Assembly (NCBI GenBank): GCA_964514315.1
Contig: CAZEQF010000001.1
Coordinates: 1 to 40,923 of the forward strand
Direction: 5' to 3'
Source: an uncultured Singulisphaera sp.
GTDB taxonomy: Bacteria > Planctomycetota > UBA1135 > UBA2386
DNA length: 40,923 nucleotides
Positions within the stretch are counted from its first letter, which is position 1. Every line of letters begins with the position of its first letter. Positions 34,032-40,923 of the stretch are shown here, piece by piece. The notes under the pieces were generated by a model, which had not been told where the DNA came from, searched no databases, and saw nothing but the letters and a program-made list of their open reading frames with translations. A program made the translations under genes and the position numbers.

Positions 34032-35216
34032 TCAGAACGTGAAGCCCATCTGGATGACGCCGCCGTAGCTGTTGTCGTCGATGTAGGTGCCGGCGACGTC
34101 GAGGTGGAACACGTCGAACGGGCTGATGCCGAGACCGGCGCTGTAGGCGTCGTCGAGCGTGTTCTCGAAGTCGGTCTGGTAGCCGCCGCGCAGTTGCAGC
34201 CAGCTGAACAGGTCGATCTCGGCGCCGAGGTGCGCGAGCTGCACGTCGTCCTTGTCGAGCAACGGCGAGTCTTCGAAGCGCTCCGCGCTGACGAGGTCGA
34301 CGTCGGCAGCCAGCGTGAGGATGCCGGTGGTCCAGGATGCGCCGAGCGCCGCGGCGGGGTTCACGTCGTAGAGGAAGCTCTCGCCGAGCGTGTTCACGGT
34401 GCGGTAGGTCTTGTCGATCATGTTGCGCACCGTTGCGCCGAACGTCAGGCCGAGGCCCGGTTCCCATGCCGCGCCCAGGTCGAAGTTGAACTCCTGGTCG
34501 TCGTCGCGGAACTGGTCGTCGTCGAAGTTGTCCTGGTCGAAGTTGTTCGCCGTCACCGCGTAGTTGTAGCTGTCGACGCGTTGGATCTTGGGCGTCGCGC
34601 CGACCGACAACGTCGTTCCGGCCAGGTCGAACGAAGTGGCGAGCGACACGCCGACTTCGGTGATCGCGATGCCGACGACGCGCGCTTCGGAGTTGAGCGT
34701 CGGCAGCGTCACGCTGCCGGCCGTCAGGCCGCGGATCGCGGCGACGTCCGCCGGGTCGACGTCCACGAACGACTGCAGGTCGGCGTAGCTGCGCGCGTGG
34801 ATCGACCAACCGAGGTCGCGCGAGGGGGCGCCGACGACGAAGCCCACGCCGAGCGTTCCCGTGATCTGACGGCCGTCGAGGGACTCGAGCTGGTCGGCGA
34901 GGGAGTTGATGTCGTCGGTCGTCGCCGTTCCCGCGGCCTCGATGCGGTCGAAGTCGTCGACGAAGTTGTCGATGTCGTCGATGAGCCCGTCCTTGTCGAA
35001 CGCCGTCGCGCCGACGGTCGGCAGGATGAAGCCGAACGTGTCGGACTCACGGTGCCGCGTCAGCAGCGCGGGATTGGCCCAGCCGGCCGCGAGGTAGTGC
35101 GAGGACGCGACTCCCGTCCCGCCCATCGCGCTGTTGCGCGCTTCGAAGTATTGGGCGTGCACGACGCTGGCGAGGAGCAGGGACGCTGCGGGAAGAGCAA
35201 TGGAGCGTGCGATCAT
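34032..35216 (-). CDS. Outer-membrane beta-barrel protein (TraF_2-like family by N-terminal motif), 394 aa
   Basis: Full track ORF with an ATG start and signal peptide MIARSIALPAASLLLASVVHA/Q. The motif EARNSAMGGTGVASSHYLAAGWANPALL is present. Alternating amphipathic strands end in the aromatic C-terminus ...GGVIQMGFTF, typical of OMPs. Confidence 0.87.
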   Translation of the reverse strand: MIARSIALPAASLLLASVVHAQYFEARNSAMGGTGVASSHYLAAGWANPALLTRHRESDTFGFILPTVGATAFDKDGLIDDIDNFVDDFDRIEAAGTATTDDINSLADQLESLDGRQITGTLGVGFVVGAPSRDLGWSIHARSYADLQSFVDVDPADVAAIRGLTAGSVTLPTLNSEARVVGIAITEVGVSLATSFDLAGTTLSVGATPKIQRVDSYNYAVTANNFDQDNFDDDQFRDDDQEFNFDLGAAWEPGLGLTFGATVRNMIDKTYRTVNTLGESFLYDVNPAAALGASWTTGILTLAADVDLVSAERFEDSPLLDKDDVQLAHLGAEIDLFSWLQLRGGYQTDFENTLDDAYSAGLGISPFDVFHLDVAGTYIDDNSYGGVIQMGFTF

Positions 35217-35320
35217 GGATGGTGGTGTTGAAGAGGCCGGCCTCTGGGTCGCTGCCGGAAGGCGAAGAGCCTACGTCGTGTCGGCTCGAGGCCGCCAGGG
35301 CTGTTGTTCGGTTCGACAAC

Positions 35321-36871
35321 TCACGGCCACGCGCGGAACCGATACAGCACCGCGCGCCCGAGCCGCTGCGCCGCCGCAAGCGAGTCGAGCTTGGCAAGCA
35401 GTTCGGGCTTCGCCGTCGCTCCGTCGAGCAGGAACACCGCTTCGCCGCGGAACCCGCTCTGCTTGCCGTAGCCGATCACGTAGTCGACTTCCCATGCCTC
35501 GTCGACGTCGCCTTGGAAGATCACGCCTGGTTCGTAGCGCCGCGAAATGACCGTGCGGTTCGTGAAGCCTGCGAACGCGCCGTCGATCTTGTCCTTCGCC
35601 TCGGCGACGAGCAGCGGGAAGTCCGGGTCGTTCTGCGCGAAGAACGTCATGCGCTCATGCGTGACGGCCACGCCTTGGCCGACCGCGAGTGCGCCGAGCA
35701 CCGCGAGCATCGCGCCGAGCAGTTGCGGCGCGAAGTCGCGCTCGCGCAGCATGCGATGGCCGATGGCCGGAAGCACGCCCGCGAGCGCGGCGAGGCCCGC
35801 CATCCAAGGCATCGGCCAGAACGGGTGGTCGACGAAGTGCTTGAACGTGACGGCGCTGCCGCAGAGTGGCGGCACGAGGAGCGCTGCCGCGACCGCGAGC
35901 ATCGGCTTCTTTGCGACGCGTCCATGCAGCACGAGCGCGCCGATGCCTGCGCCGGCGAGCGCGAGCATCGGCCATGCGGCGAACGTGACGAGCACGTTGT
36001 GGGCGGCGAACGAGAACGCAGCCTCGGTCACTTCGCTCGCTCGCGATTGCTCGTACGAGCTGAACTGCGCCATCTCGCGCAAGAACCCGATCGGGCCGCC
36101 GAGGAACTGGCCGTAGACGAGCGCGATGATCGCGACCGCGAGGACCGACAGCGGCAGCATCTTGAGCACGTCGACCGCCATCGCGCGCGGCCGTTCGCTG
36201 AGCAGCGCCATCGCGAACAGGCCGATCCCGCAGAACTGGCCGAGGAAGTCGAGCGAGGCGGTCCAGAAGAAGCACAGCGCCGCGATGGTCCAGCTGCGCC
36301 GTGACGGCTCGTTGCAATGACGCCAGAACGCAGCTGCGGTCACGATGCAGGCCGACATCAGCGCGCCGTCGTAGCAGACCATCGGGCCGAAGTAGCCGAC
36401 GAGCGGCGTCGCGGCGAACAGCAGCGACGACCAGCCCGCGGTGCGCGCGTCGCGCGCGTTGCGCACGAGCCAATACAGCGCCGGGATGCCGGGCAGGAAC
36501 AGCAGCAGGTGCGCGAGGCGCAGGACCCATTCGCTGTGGCCGAGCGTCGCGGCGAACAGCGTGAGCCACAGCGGATACAGCGGCGGGTGATGCCAGTGCC
36601 ACACGCCGCCGCCTTCGGGATAGACGACGAACGCGGGGCTCCAATGCGTCGCCGACAACCCGTAGGTCAGGTGGTTGCGGACGAAGACGTCTTCGTAGAG
36701 CGACGTCATCGCGCCCTTGAAGCCGCCGTCCCACGGATCGGTGAAGTCGCGCAGCGCCGCCACGAGCGCCACGAGGATCGCCAATGCGAGCAGGACGCGG
36801 CCGTCGCGTTCGTCGCGCGGGTCGCGGAGGTTCGAGGTCGTCGTCTGCGCGCTCGCGCTGCCGTCGTGCAC
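35321..36871 (-). CDS. Polytopic membrane protein, GT-C-fold glycosyltransferase-like (PMT/ArnT-like), 516 aa, GTG start
   Basis: Full track ORF. The first codon is GTG 36871, directly after an in-frame stop, and the next ATG falls after TM1. It carries DPWDGGFKGAMTSLYED, WHWHHPPLYPL, EWVLRL, YFGPMVCYDGA, and the C-terminal VLYRFRAWP. It is collinear with 4169..5698. Confidence 0.87.
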   Translation of the reverse strand: MHDGSASAQTTTSNLRDPRDERDGRVLLALAILVALVAALRDFTDPWDGGFKGAMTSLYEDVFVRNHLTYGLSATHWSPAFVVYPEGGGVWHWHHPPLYPLWLTLFAATLGHSEWVLRLAHLLLFLPGIPALYWLVRNARDARTAGWSSLLFAATPLVGYFGPMVCYDGALMSACIVTAAAFWRHCNEPSRRSWTIAALCFFWTASLDFLGQFCGIGLFAMALLSERPRAMAVDVLKMLPLSVLAVAIIALVYGQFLGGPIGFLREMAQFSSYEQSRASEVTEAAFSFAAHNVLVTFAAWPMLALAGAGIGALVLHGRVAKKPMLAVAAALLVPPLCGSAVTFKHFVDHPFWPMPWMAGLAALAGVLPAIGHRMLRERDFAPQLLGAMLAVLGALAVGQGVAVTHERMTFFAQNDPDFPLLVAEAKDKIDGAFAGFTNRTVISRRYEPGVIFQGDVDEAWEVDYVIGYGKQSGFRGEAVFLLDGATAKPELLAKLDSLAAAQRLGRAVLYRFRAWP

Positions 36872-36903
36872 TCAGCGCAGGATCGGTGCGCCGCCGCACT
36901 CCG

Positions 36904-37113
36904 TCAAGGTTGCGCGTCGGAGTCGTCGCGGCGGTCGCCGTCGCGCGAGTCGACCTTGGGCTCGAAGCCGAAGCACCGTCGAACGGGCTGCGGCGCATAC
37001 TTGGGCCAGTCTGGCTTGCGGCACCGCAAGAACGTGGTCGTCGCGCTCGCGATGAGGCTCAGGTGGCGGCACGCGTGGCAGAGGCTCTGCGGGAACGGGA
37101 GCGGATCAGGCAC
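36904..37113 (-). CDS. Tentative small Cys-containing protein, 69 aa, GTG start
   Basis: Tail of spurious track ORF 36904..37674, counted from the first start codon after the phnA stop. It reads (M)PDPLPFPQSLCHACRHLSLIASATTTFLRCRKPDWPKYAPQPVRRCFGFEPKVDSRDGDRRDDSDAQP. 61 of 69 codons end in G/C, which is coding-like. It contains CxxC plus two further Cys. It fills the otherwise empty 256-nt gap between phnA and the GT-C gene. Confidence 0.35.
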   Translation of the reverse strand: MPDPLPFPQSLCHACRHLSLIASATTTFLRCRKPDWPKYAPQPVRRCFGFEPKVDSRDGDRRDDSDAQP

Positions 37114-37127
37114 GGCGGCTCGCGTTC

Positions 37128-37481
37128 TCAGGTCACCTTGCGGACGAACTCGGACTTGAGGCCCATCTGGCCGAAGCCGTCGACCTTGCAGTCGATGTCG
37201 TGGTCGCCGTCGACGATGCGGATGTTGCGCACCTTGGTGCCGACCTTCACCGAGCCGGTCGCGCCGCGCACCTTGAGGTCCTTGATCACCGTCACCGTGT
37301 CGCCGTCCTGCAGCACGTTGCCGACTGCGTCCCTCACGACGCGAGGTCCGTCCTCGGCGGGCTTCGCGGCAGCAGCCTCGTCCGCGGTCCACTCGTGGTC
37401 GCACTCGGGGCAGTGGAGCCGACCCTGGTCGACCCACGTGTAGGCCGACGCGCACTTGGGGCACGGAGGAAGTTCGCTCAT
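37128..37481 (-). CDS. phnA: PhnA-family zinc-ribbon protein, 117 aa
   Basis: Track ORF 37128..37532 trimmed to ATG 37481. [31 protein letters not shown] is the 4-Cys ribbon. The C-terminal [57 protein letters not shown] is the conserved PhnA domain. Confidence 0.92.
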   Translation of the reverse strand: MSELPPCPKCASAYTWVDQGRLHCPECDHEWTADEAAAAKPAEDGPRVVRDAVGNVLQDGDTVTVIKDLKVRGATGSVKVGTKVRNIRIVDGDHDIDCKVDGFGQMGLKSEFVRKVT

Positions 37482-37553
37482 CGCGATCAGCATGCCGCGA
37501 GGCGAGCACGGCGCGAACTGCGCGGCGCACATTCGCAGCGCGTTGCCATGTCG

Positions 37554-39089
37554 TTACTCGGCCTGCGGTTCCTTGCCCTTGTGCTTCCGCAGCATCGCCT
37601 TCGCCTCGTCGTAGTAGAGGTCGCGCGGGTCGATGCCGATCGCGACGAGTTGCTGCGCTTGCTTGGGCGTGCACAGGCCGACCGCCTTGCGCTCGAGCAG
37701 CTTCTCGCGCAATGCGTCGGCTTGCCGTTCATCGAGGTCTTGCACGAGTTCGACCGGCAGGTGCGCCTTGCGGAAGAAGTCGAGTTGCGTCGCGTTCGCG
37801 CGCTCGTTGCCGCGCGAACGGCGGCGATACGGCGCGAGGTCGATGCCGACCGCGGCGAACGGGTCGCGCTTCTTGAGCTGGTAGGCGACGGTTGCTTCTT
37901 GCGCCTCTTGCTCCTGCTGCGCGAGTTCGAGCGCGAGCTCCAGCGCGATCGCCTCGCCCTCGGCGCTGCGCTCTTGCGCGATGCGGCGCGCGCGTTCCTG
38001 CGTCTCCGGGTCCGCAGCAGCGAAGATGTCGACGGCCTGCGCGAGCGAGTGGCGGCAGTTGGTCGGCACGAAGTCGAGCACGAGCAGGTCCTGCTTGCCC
38101 TTCGCGATGCGCGTGCCGCGGCCGACCATCTGTGCGTAGAACGCGCGCGACAGCACGGGGCGCGCGATCGCGACGAGCGCGATCTCCGGCACGTCGAAGC
38201 CCTCGGTGAACAGCGAGCAGTTCACGAGCACCTTGTGCGCTCCGTTGCGGAAGCGGTCGAGGATCGGCGCGCGTTCGTCGAACGGCATCGAGCCGTCGAC
38301 CGCGGCGGCGAACTGCGCATCGTTCGCGGTGTCGTTGAGCACGCGCGTCAGCGCATGCGCGTGCGCGACCGACGCGGCGAACACGATCGCGGGGCGTCCC
38401 TTCCGCTCCTTGAAGATCGGCGTCGCGATCTCGGCGAGGTGCAGGTCCTGCATCAGCACGTCCTCGACGTCGCGCGTCGCGAGCTCGCCCGCGACCTTGC
38501 GCGCGCGGGAGAAGTCCGCCTGCGTCTGCACGAGGAACGACTTGATCGGGCACAAGAACCCTTCGCGGATCGCCGTGCGCATGTCGTAGTCGAATGCGAC
38601 CGCCTCGAAGATCTCGCCGAGCGGCACGCGGTCGCTGCGGTCCGGCGTCGCGGTCACGCCGAGCACGTAGGCCTGGAAGTGCTCGAGGATCGTCCGATAC
38701 GAGTCCGCCGTCGCGTGGTGCGCTTCGTCGACGACGACGATCTTGAACGCGTCGCGCGGCAGCTGCGCGAGCCGCTTCTGCAGCGACTGCACGCTCGCCA
38801 CAGCGATCTTGGGCCGCGTGCCGTCCGCGCGCGTGAACTCGCGCCGGTCCGCCATCTCGACCGCGACGACGTCGTTGCACCACGCCGAGATCTTGCTGCG
38901 CGCCTGCTCGACCAGTTCTTGCCGATGCGCGATCACGAGCACCGGCCCCTTCGCGAGCCGCGAGATCTCCGCGAACAGCACCGTCTTGCCGGTGCCCGTC
39001 GGCATCACGACGAGGACGGACCGGTGCCCTCGCCGGTAGGCGTCGCGGACGGCCTCGAGGGCCTGCTGTTGGTAGGGGCGAAGGGTCAC
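37554..39089 (-). CDS. Superfamily-2 DNA helicase (ResIII + Helicase_C, RadD-like), 511 aa, GTG start
   Basis: Full track ORF. It carries (M)TLRPYQQQALEAV, VVMPTGTGKT (motif I), VVVDEAHH (DEAH), LGVTATP (III), FTEGFDVPE and QMVGRGTR (VI). The C-terminal ~130 aa is a Glu/Ala-rich helix plus two short helical repeats. Confidence 0.92.
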   Translation of the reverse strand: MTLRPYQQQALEAVRDAYRRGHRSVLVVMPTGTGKTVLFAEISRLAKGPVLVIAHRQELVEQARSKISAWCNDVVAVEMADRREFTRADGTRPKIAVASVQSLQKRLAQLPRDAFKIVVVDEAHHATADSYRTILEHFQAYVLGVTATPDRSDRVPLGEIFEAVAFDYDMRTAIREGFLCPIKSFLVQTQADFSRARKVAGELATRDVEDVLMQDLHLAEIATPIFKERKGRPAIVFAASVAHAHALTRVLNDTANDAQFAAAVDGSMPFDERAPILDRFRNGAHKVLVNCSLFTEGFDVPEIALVAIARPVLSRAFYAQMVGRGTRIAKGKQDLLVLDFVPTNCRHSLAQAVDIFAAADPETQERARRIAQERSAEGEAIALELALELAQQEQEAQEATVAYQLKKRDPFAAVGIDLAPYRRRSRGNERANATQLDFFRKAHLPVELVQDLDERQADALREKLLERKAVGLCTPKQAQQLVAIGIDPRDLYYDEAKAMLRKHKGKEPQAE

Positions 39090-39228
39090 TGCAAAGGAGA
39101 CGCGGAGCGGGGGAAGGAGTCTGTGGGTAGGGCGCGGAGTGGTCCAGAGAGTCTGTCTGGCTCGAAAGCCGGGTCCGCCTCACGCCTTGCCGACCATCCC
39201 CTTTGCGGCGCCAACGCAGCATCATCCC

Positions 39229-39263
39229 GAAAACACAAACGCCCTGGCCGATGGCCAAGGCGT
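39229..39263 (-). terminator. Intrinsic terminator of the SOUL-family gene
   Basis: On the minus-strand transcript there is an 11-bp stem (39263-39253 pairing with 39249-39239). Its one non-Watson-Crick position is a G.U wobble, whereas it would be a C.A mismatch on the plus strand. The loop is 3 nt, and the tract UUGUGUUUUC follows directly. The hairpin begins 50 nt after stop 39313. Confidence 0.65.
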
Positions 39264-39312
39264 CGTCGCTGCAAGGCTCGCGCATCGCATTCGCGCGAGC
39301 CGCGCGCCTCGA

Positions 39313-40170
39313 TCACTTGCCGGGCTTGGTCGGCGCTGCTGGCGTCGGCGCATTCGCCGACGCGTCCTTGGCAGCTGCATCGCGCCGACGGATCGGCACC
39401 TGCACCTCGGACCAGCGCGCGTTCGGATCGATGAACGGGCCGTTGTAGACGAACATGCGGGGGTCGCCGGCGACTTCCCATTCCTGCTGCGACTTCAGCC
39501 ACTGGCGCAGCGCGTCGAACTCCGTGTTCGCATCGAAGGCGCCCTTGGCGCCAACGCTGAGGACCGTCAGCGGCGCGGTGTCGCGCACGACGATCTTGCC
39601 GTCCTTGCCGACCGGGCCGAGCGTGGCCGAGCGGTAGAGGAAGCTCATCGTCGTCTCGTTCGCCTCGGTCTGTTCGCCCTTCATGAAGTCGGCGTAGAGG
39701 CCGGGGTAGTCCATCTCGACCGGCGCCGTCATCGCGATCTCGCGCTTCTTGATGTGTCGGAAGAGCGGGAAGAAGCCGGAGACCATGCCTTGGCCCGAGT
39801 CGTCCTTCGACACCAGCTCGGCCCTGCGCACCGACGGATACTCCTTGATGTCGATCGCGCCCGGCGGCGTCGGCTCGGGATAGCCGTCGGGCAGCGGCGA
39901 CTCGATCATCGACTTGTCGCAGCGGTAGACGCCTTCGACCACATCGATCGCGATGTCCCGGTCGCCTCCTACGCGCTTCACCAGCTTGGGCGTGCGCACC
40001 GCGCCTTGGCCGACGACGGCCGGGCTGGCGGGATCGGCCTTCCTTTCAGCGGTCTCGCTCGGGGTGGCGGGGCGATCGGCGCCGCCGGCGGGCGAGTCCT
40101 GCGCGATCGCGAATGGCGCGGCGGCGAGCAGTAGGAGGGCCGTGAGGAAATCGAGGGTCTTGGGTCGCAT
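39313..40170 (-). CDS. Exported SOUL haem-binding-family protein, 285 aa
   Basis: Track ORF 39313..40353 trimmed to ATG 40170 (MRPKTLDFLTALLLLAAAPFAIA/QD signal peptide). IDIKEYPSVRRAEL, FFPLFRHIKKREIAMTAPVEM and GPFIDPNARWSEVQVPI match the SOUL/HBP22 pattern. The tail is Ala/Pro/Lys-rich. Confidence 0.85.
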   Translation of the reverse strand: MRPKTLDFLTALLLLAAAPFAIAQDSPAGGADRPATPSETAERKADPASPAVVGQGAVRTPKLVKRVGGDRDIAIDVVEGVYRCDKSMIESPLPDGYPEPTPPGAIDIKEYPSVRRAELVSKDDSGQGMVSGFFPLFRHIKKREIAMTAPVEMDYPGLYADFMKGEQTEANETTMSFLYRSATLGPVGKDGKIVVRDTAPLTVLSVGAKGAFDANTEFDALRQWLKSQQEWEVAGDPRMFVYNGPFIDPNARWSEVQVPIRRRDAAAKDASANAPTPAAPTKPGK

Positions 40171-40368
40171 GGTCGCGCCTTCGTCAGTCGTGGAGATCAG
40201 GATGCGCCTGGGCGAGCGTCGCGCGGGCCCTTGCCGGCGATTTGCGGCGAGGCGAGGTCGGCGAGGAAGGGGGTGACGCTCTGGCGGAAAGCACTGCGCG
40301 CATGCGCCGCGAACGGTTTCGCCCAGGCCGCCGCCGCACGTGGCCTCCGCCACGAACGGCCGCGCGGC

Positions 40369-40923
40369 TCAGCGCCCCTTCGGCGCGTCCGGCGCGTTCG
40401 CCGCAGCGGCCTCCGCCTGCAGCCGGCGGATCTCGGCGACCGCGCGCTCCAGCGTTGCGTCGCGGCCGTCGACCGGCGTTACGACGACGTGCGGCACGAC
40501 CGGGCCGAGGTCGCCTTCGTCGCCGCTCGCGCGCACGAACATCTTCTTGCAGAACCACACCGTCAGGTCGCTGTTCGGCAGCTGCGTGAAGGCGATCTCG
40601 CCGAGCGTGTTCGGCAGTCCGCCCGTCGGCTCGCCGACCGTCCACATCAGGTCGTAGGTGCGCGCGGCGTCGGCGAGCATCATCGCGCTGGAGAACGTCC
40701 CCGCGCCGATCAGCAGGCAGGCGGGCCCGCGGAAGGACGGCTCGACCCGCGGTTGCGCCCCCGGTTGCATCTCGTAGACCGCGTCCTGGCCGTGCTCCAG
40801 CTTCGTGTACTCGGGCATGAAGAACGGCAGGCCGATCGGCAGCAACCACCGCCACATCGGCTTGACTTGCATGCGGAACGCCGCGTCGGACTCCGGGCTG
40901 CGGCGCCAGAGCATGCGCGCGGC
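40369..40923 (-). CDS. Peptidase S41 (tail-specific/C-terminal processing protease-like), C-terminal part only; its 5' end probably lies beyond the right window edge
   Basis: Track ORF 40369..40914. The frame stays open to the last base of the window. ACLLIGAGTFSSAMMLADAA matches the S41 Ser-nucleophile context, and a conserved Lys region (WFCKKMF) lies downstream. 181 aa from the in-window ATG would be too short for the family. Confidence 0.75.
   Translation of the reverse strand, partial: AARMLWRRSPESDAAFRMQVKPMWRWLLPIGLPFFMPEYTKLEHGQDAVYEMQPGAQPRVEPSFRGPACLLIGAGTFSSAMMLADAARTYDLMWTVGEPTGGLPNTLGEIAFTQLPNSDLTVWFCKKMFVRASGDEGDLGPVVPHVVVTPVDGRDATLERAVAEIRRLQAEAAAANAPDAPKGR

Noticed and set aside
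34032-35216. A conjugation or type IV secretion locus, suggested by the TraF_2-like motif in the barrel protein.
   Set aside because: No other tra/trb/vir, relaxase or coupling-protein genes are nearby. The neighbours are a PLP enzyme and a GT-C protein, so it is a stand-alone outer-membrane barrel.
37128-37481. A phosphonate utilisation (C-P lyase) cluster around phnA.
   Set aside because: PhnA-family zinc-ribbon proteins commonly occur alone, and no phnC-P or phosphonatase genes are in the window.
26286-39089. The idea that the MTase-like gene, the NYN RNase and the SF2 helicase form a restriction-modification or other defence system.
   Set aside because: The genes are 8-20 kb apart, in different transcription units and interleaved with metabolic genes. 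The MTase-like protein has a degenerate catalytic motif. No nuclease partner, ATPase/specificity subunit or mobile-element context is present.
37200-39434. A 744-aa plus-strand ORF.
   Set aside because: It is antisense to the RadD-like helicase and phnA, with Arg/Asp/Leu/Val low-complexity composition and no motifs.
1-40923. tRNA, rRNA, tmRNA, RNase P or SRP RNA genes, CRISPR arrays, IS elements, integrases, prophage genes.
   Set aside because: The largest non-coding gaps are about 200-256 nt (2491-2746, 10438-10641, 27781-28036, 39090-39312). They contain no T-loop/GTTCGAATC-like or other conserved RNA cores that I can recognise. There are no repeat-spacer periodicities and no transposase- or recombinase-like translations in any frame.

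Overview
This is a very GC-rich (by eye roughly 70% G+C) bacterial chromosomal segment, densely coding on both strands. I separated real frames from the many long Arg/Ala-rich shadow ORFs using third-position G/C bias, recognisable motifs and signal peptides. I call 32 protein-coding genes: two are cut by the window edges and two are very small and tentative. I also call one paralogue disrupted by a perfect 29-bp tandem duplication, and several stem-loop terminators. I saw no rRNA, tRNA, CRISPR array, transposase, integrase or phage genes. Part of the content is housekeeping or metabolic: a DEAD-box RNA helicase translationally coupled to a membrane fatty-acid desaturase, a sulfatase, an isoaspartyl peptidase plus cyanophycinase, two SDRs, a PLP Cys/Met enzyme, PhnA, a RadD-like SF2 helicase, S8 and S41 peptidases, and a SOUL protein. 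The rest is an unusually high load of exported or membrane proteins with no nameable function. These include three PMT/ArnT-like GT-C membrane glycosyltransferase paralogues, two orphan secreted proteins flanking one of them, and three proteins built from carboxypeptidase-regulatory-like repeats. They also include a ChaN-hydrolase multi-domain exported protein, a MORN-CAP fusion and an outer-membrane beta-barrel. The outer-membrane protein implies a diderm. Weak or absent Shine-Dalgarno sequences and the gene content are reminiscent of Planctomycetota-like or similar high-GC environmental lineages, but taxonomy cannot be fixed from this window. I recognise no defence system, secondary-metabolite cluster or mobile island. 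The best candidates for something undescribed are the GT-C-centred modules (2747-8054, 15837-18247, 35321-37113), the multi-domain ChaN fusion protein (8293-10437) and the frameshifting duplication at 10744-10801. All functional calls come from motif recognition by eye, not from database searches.
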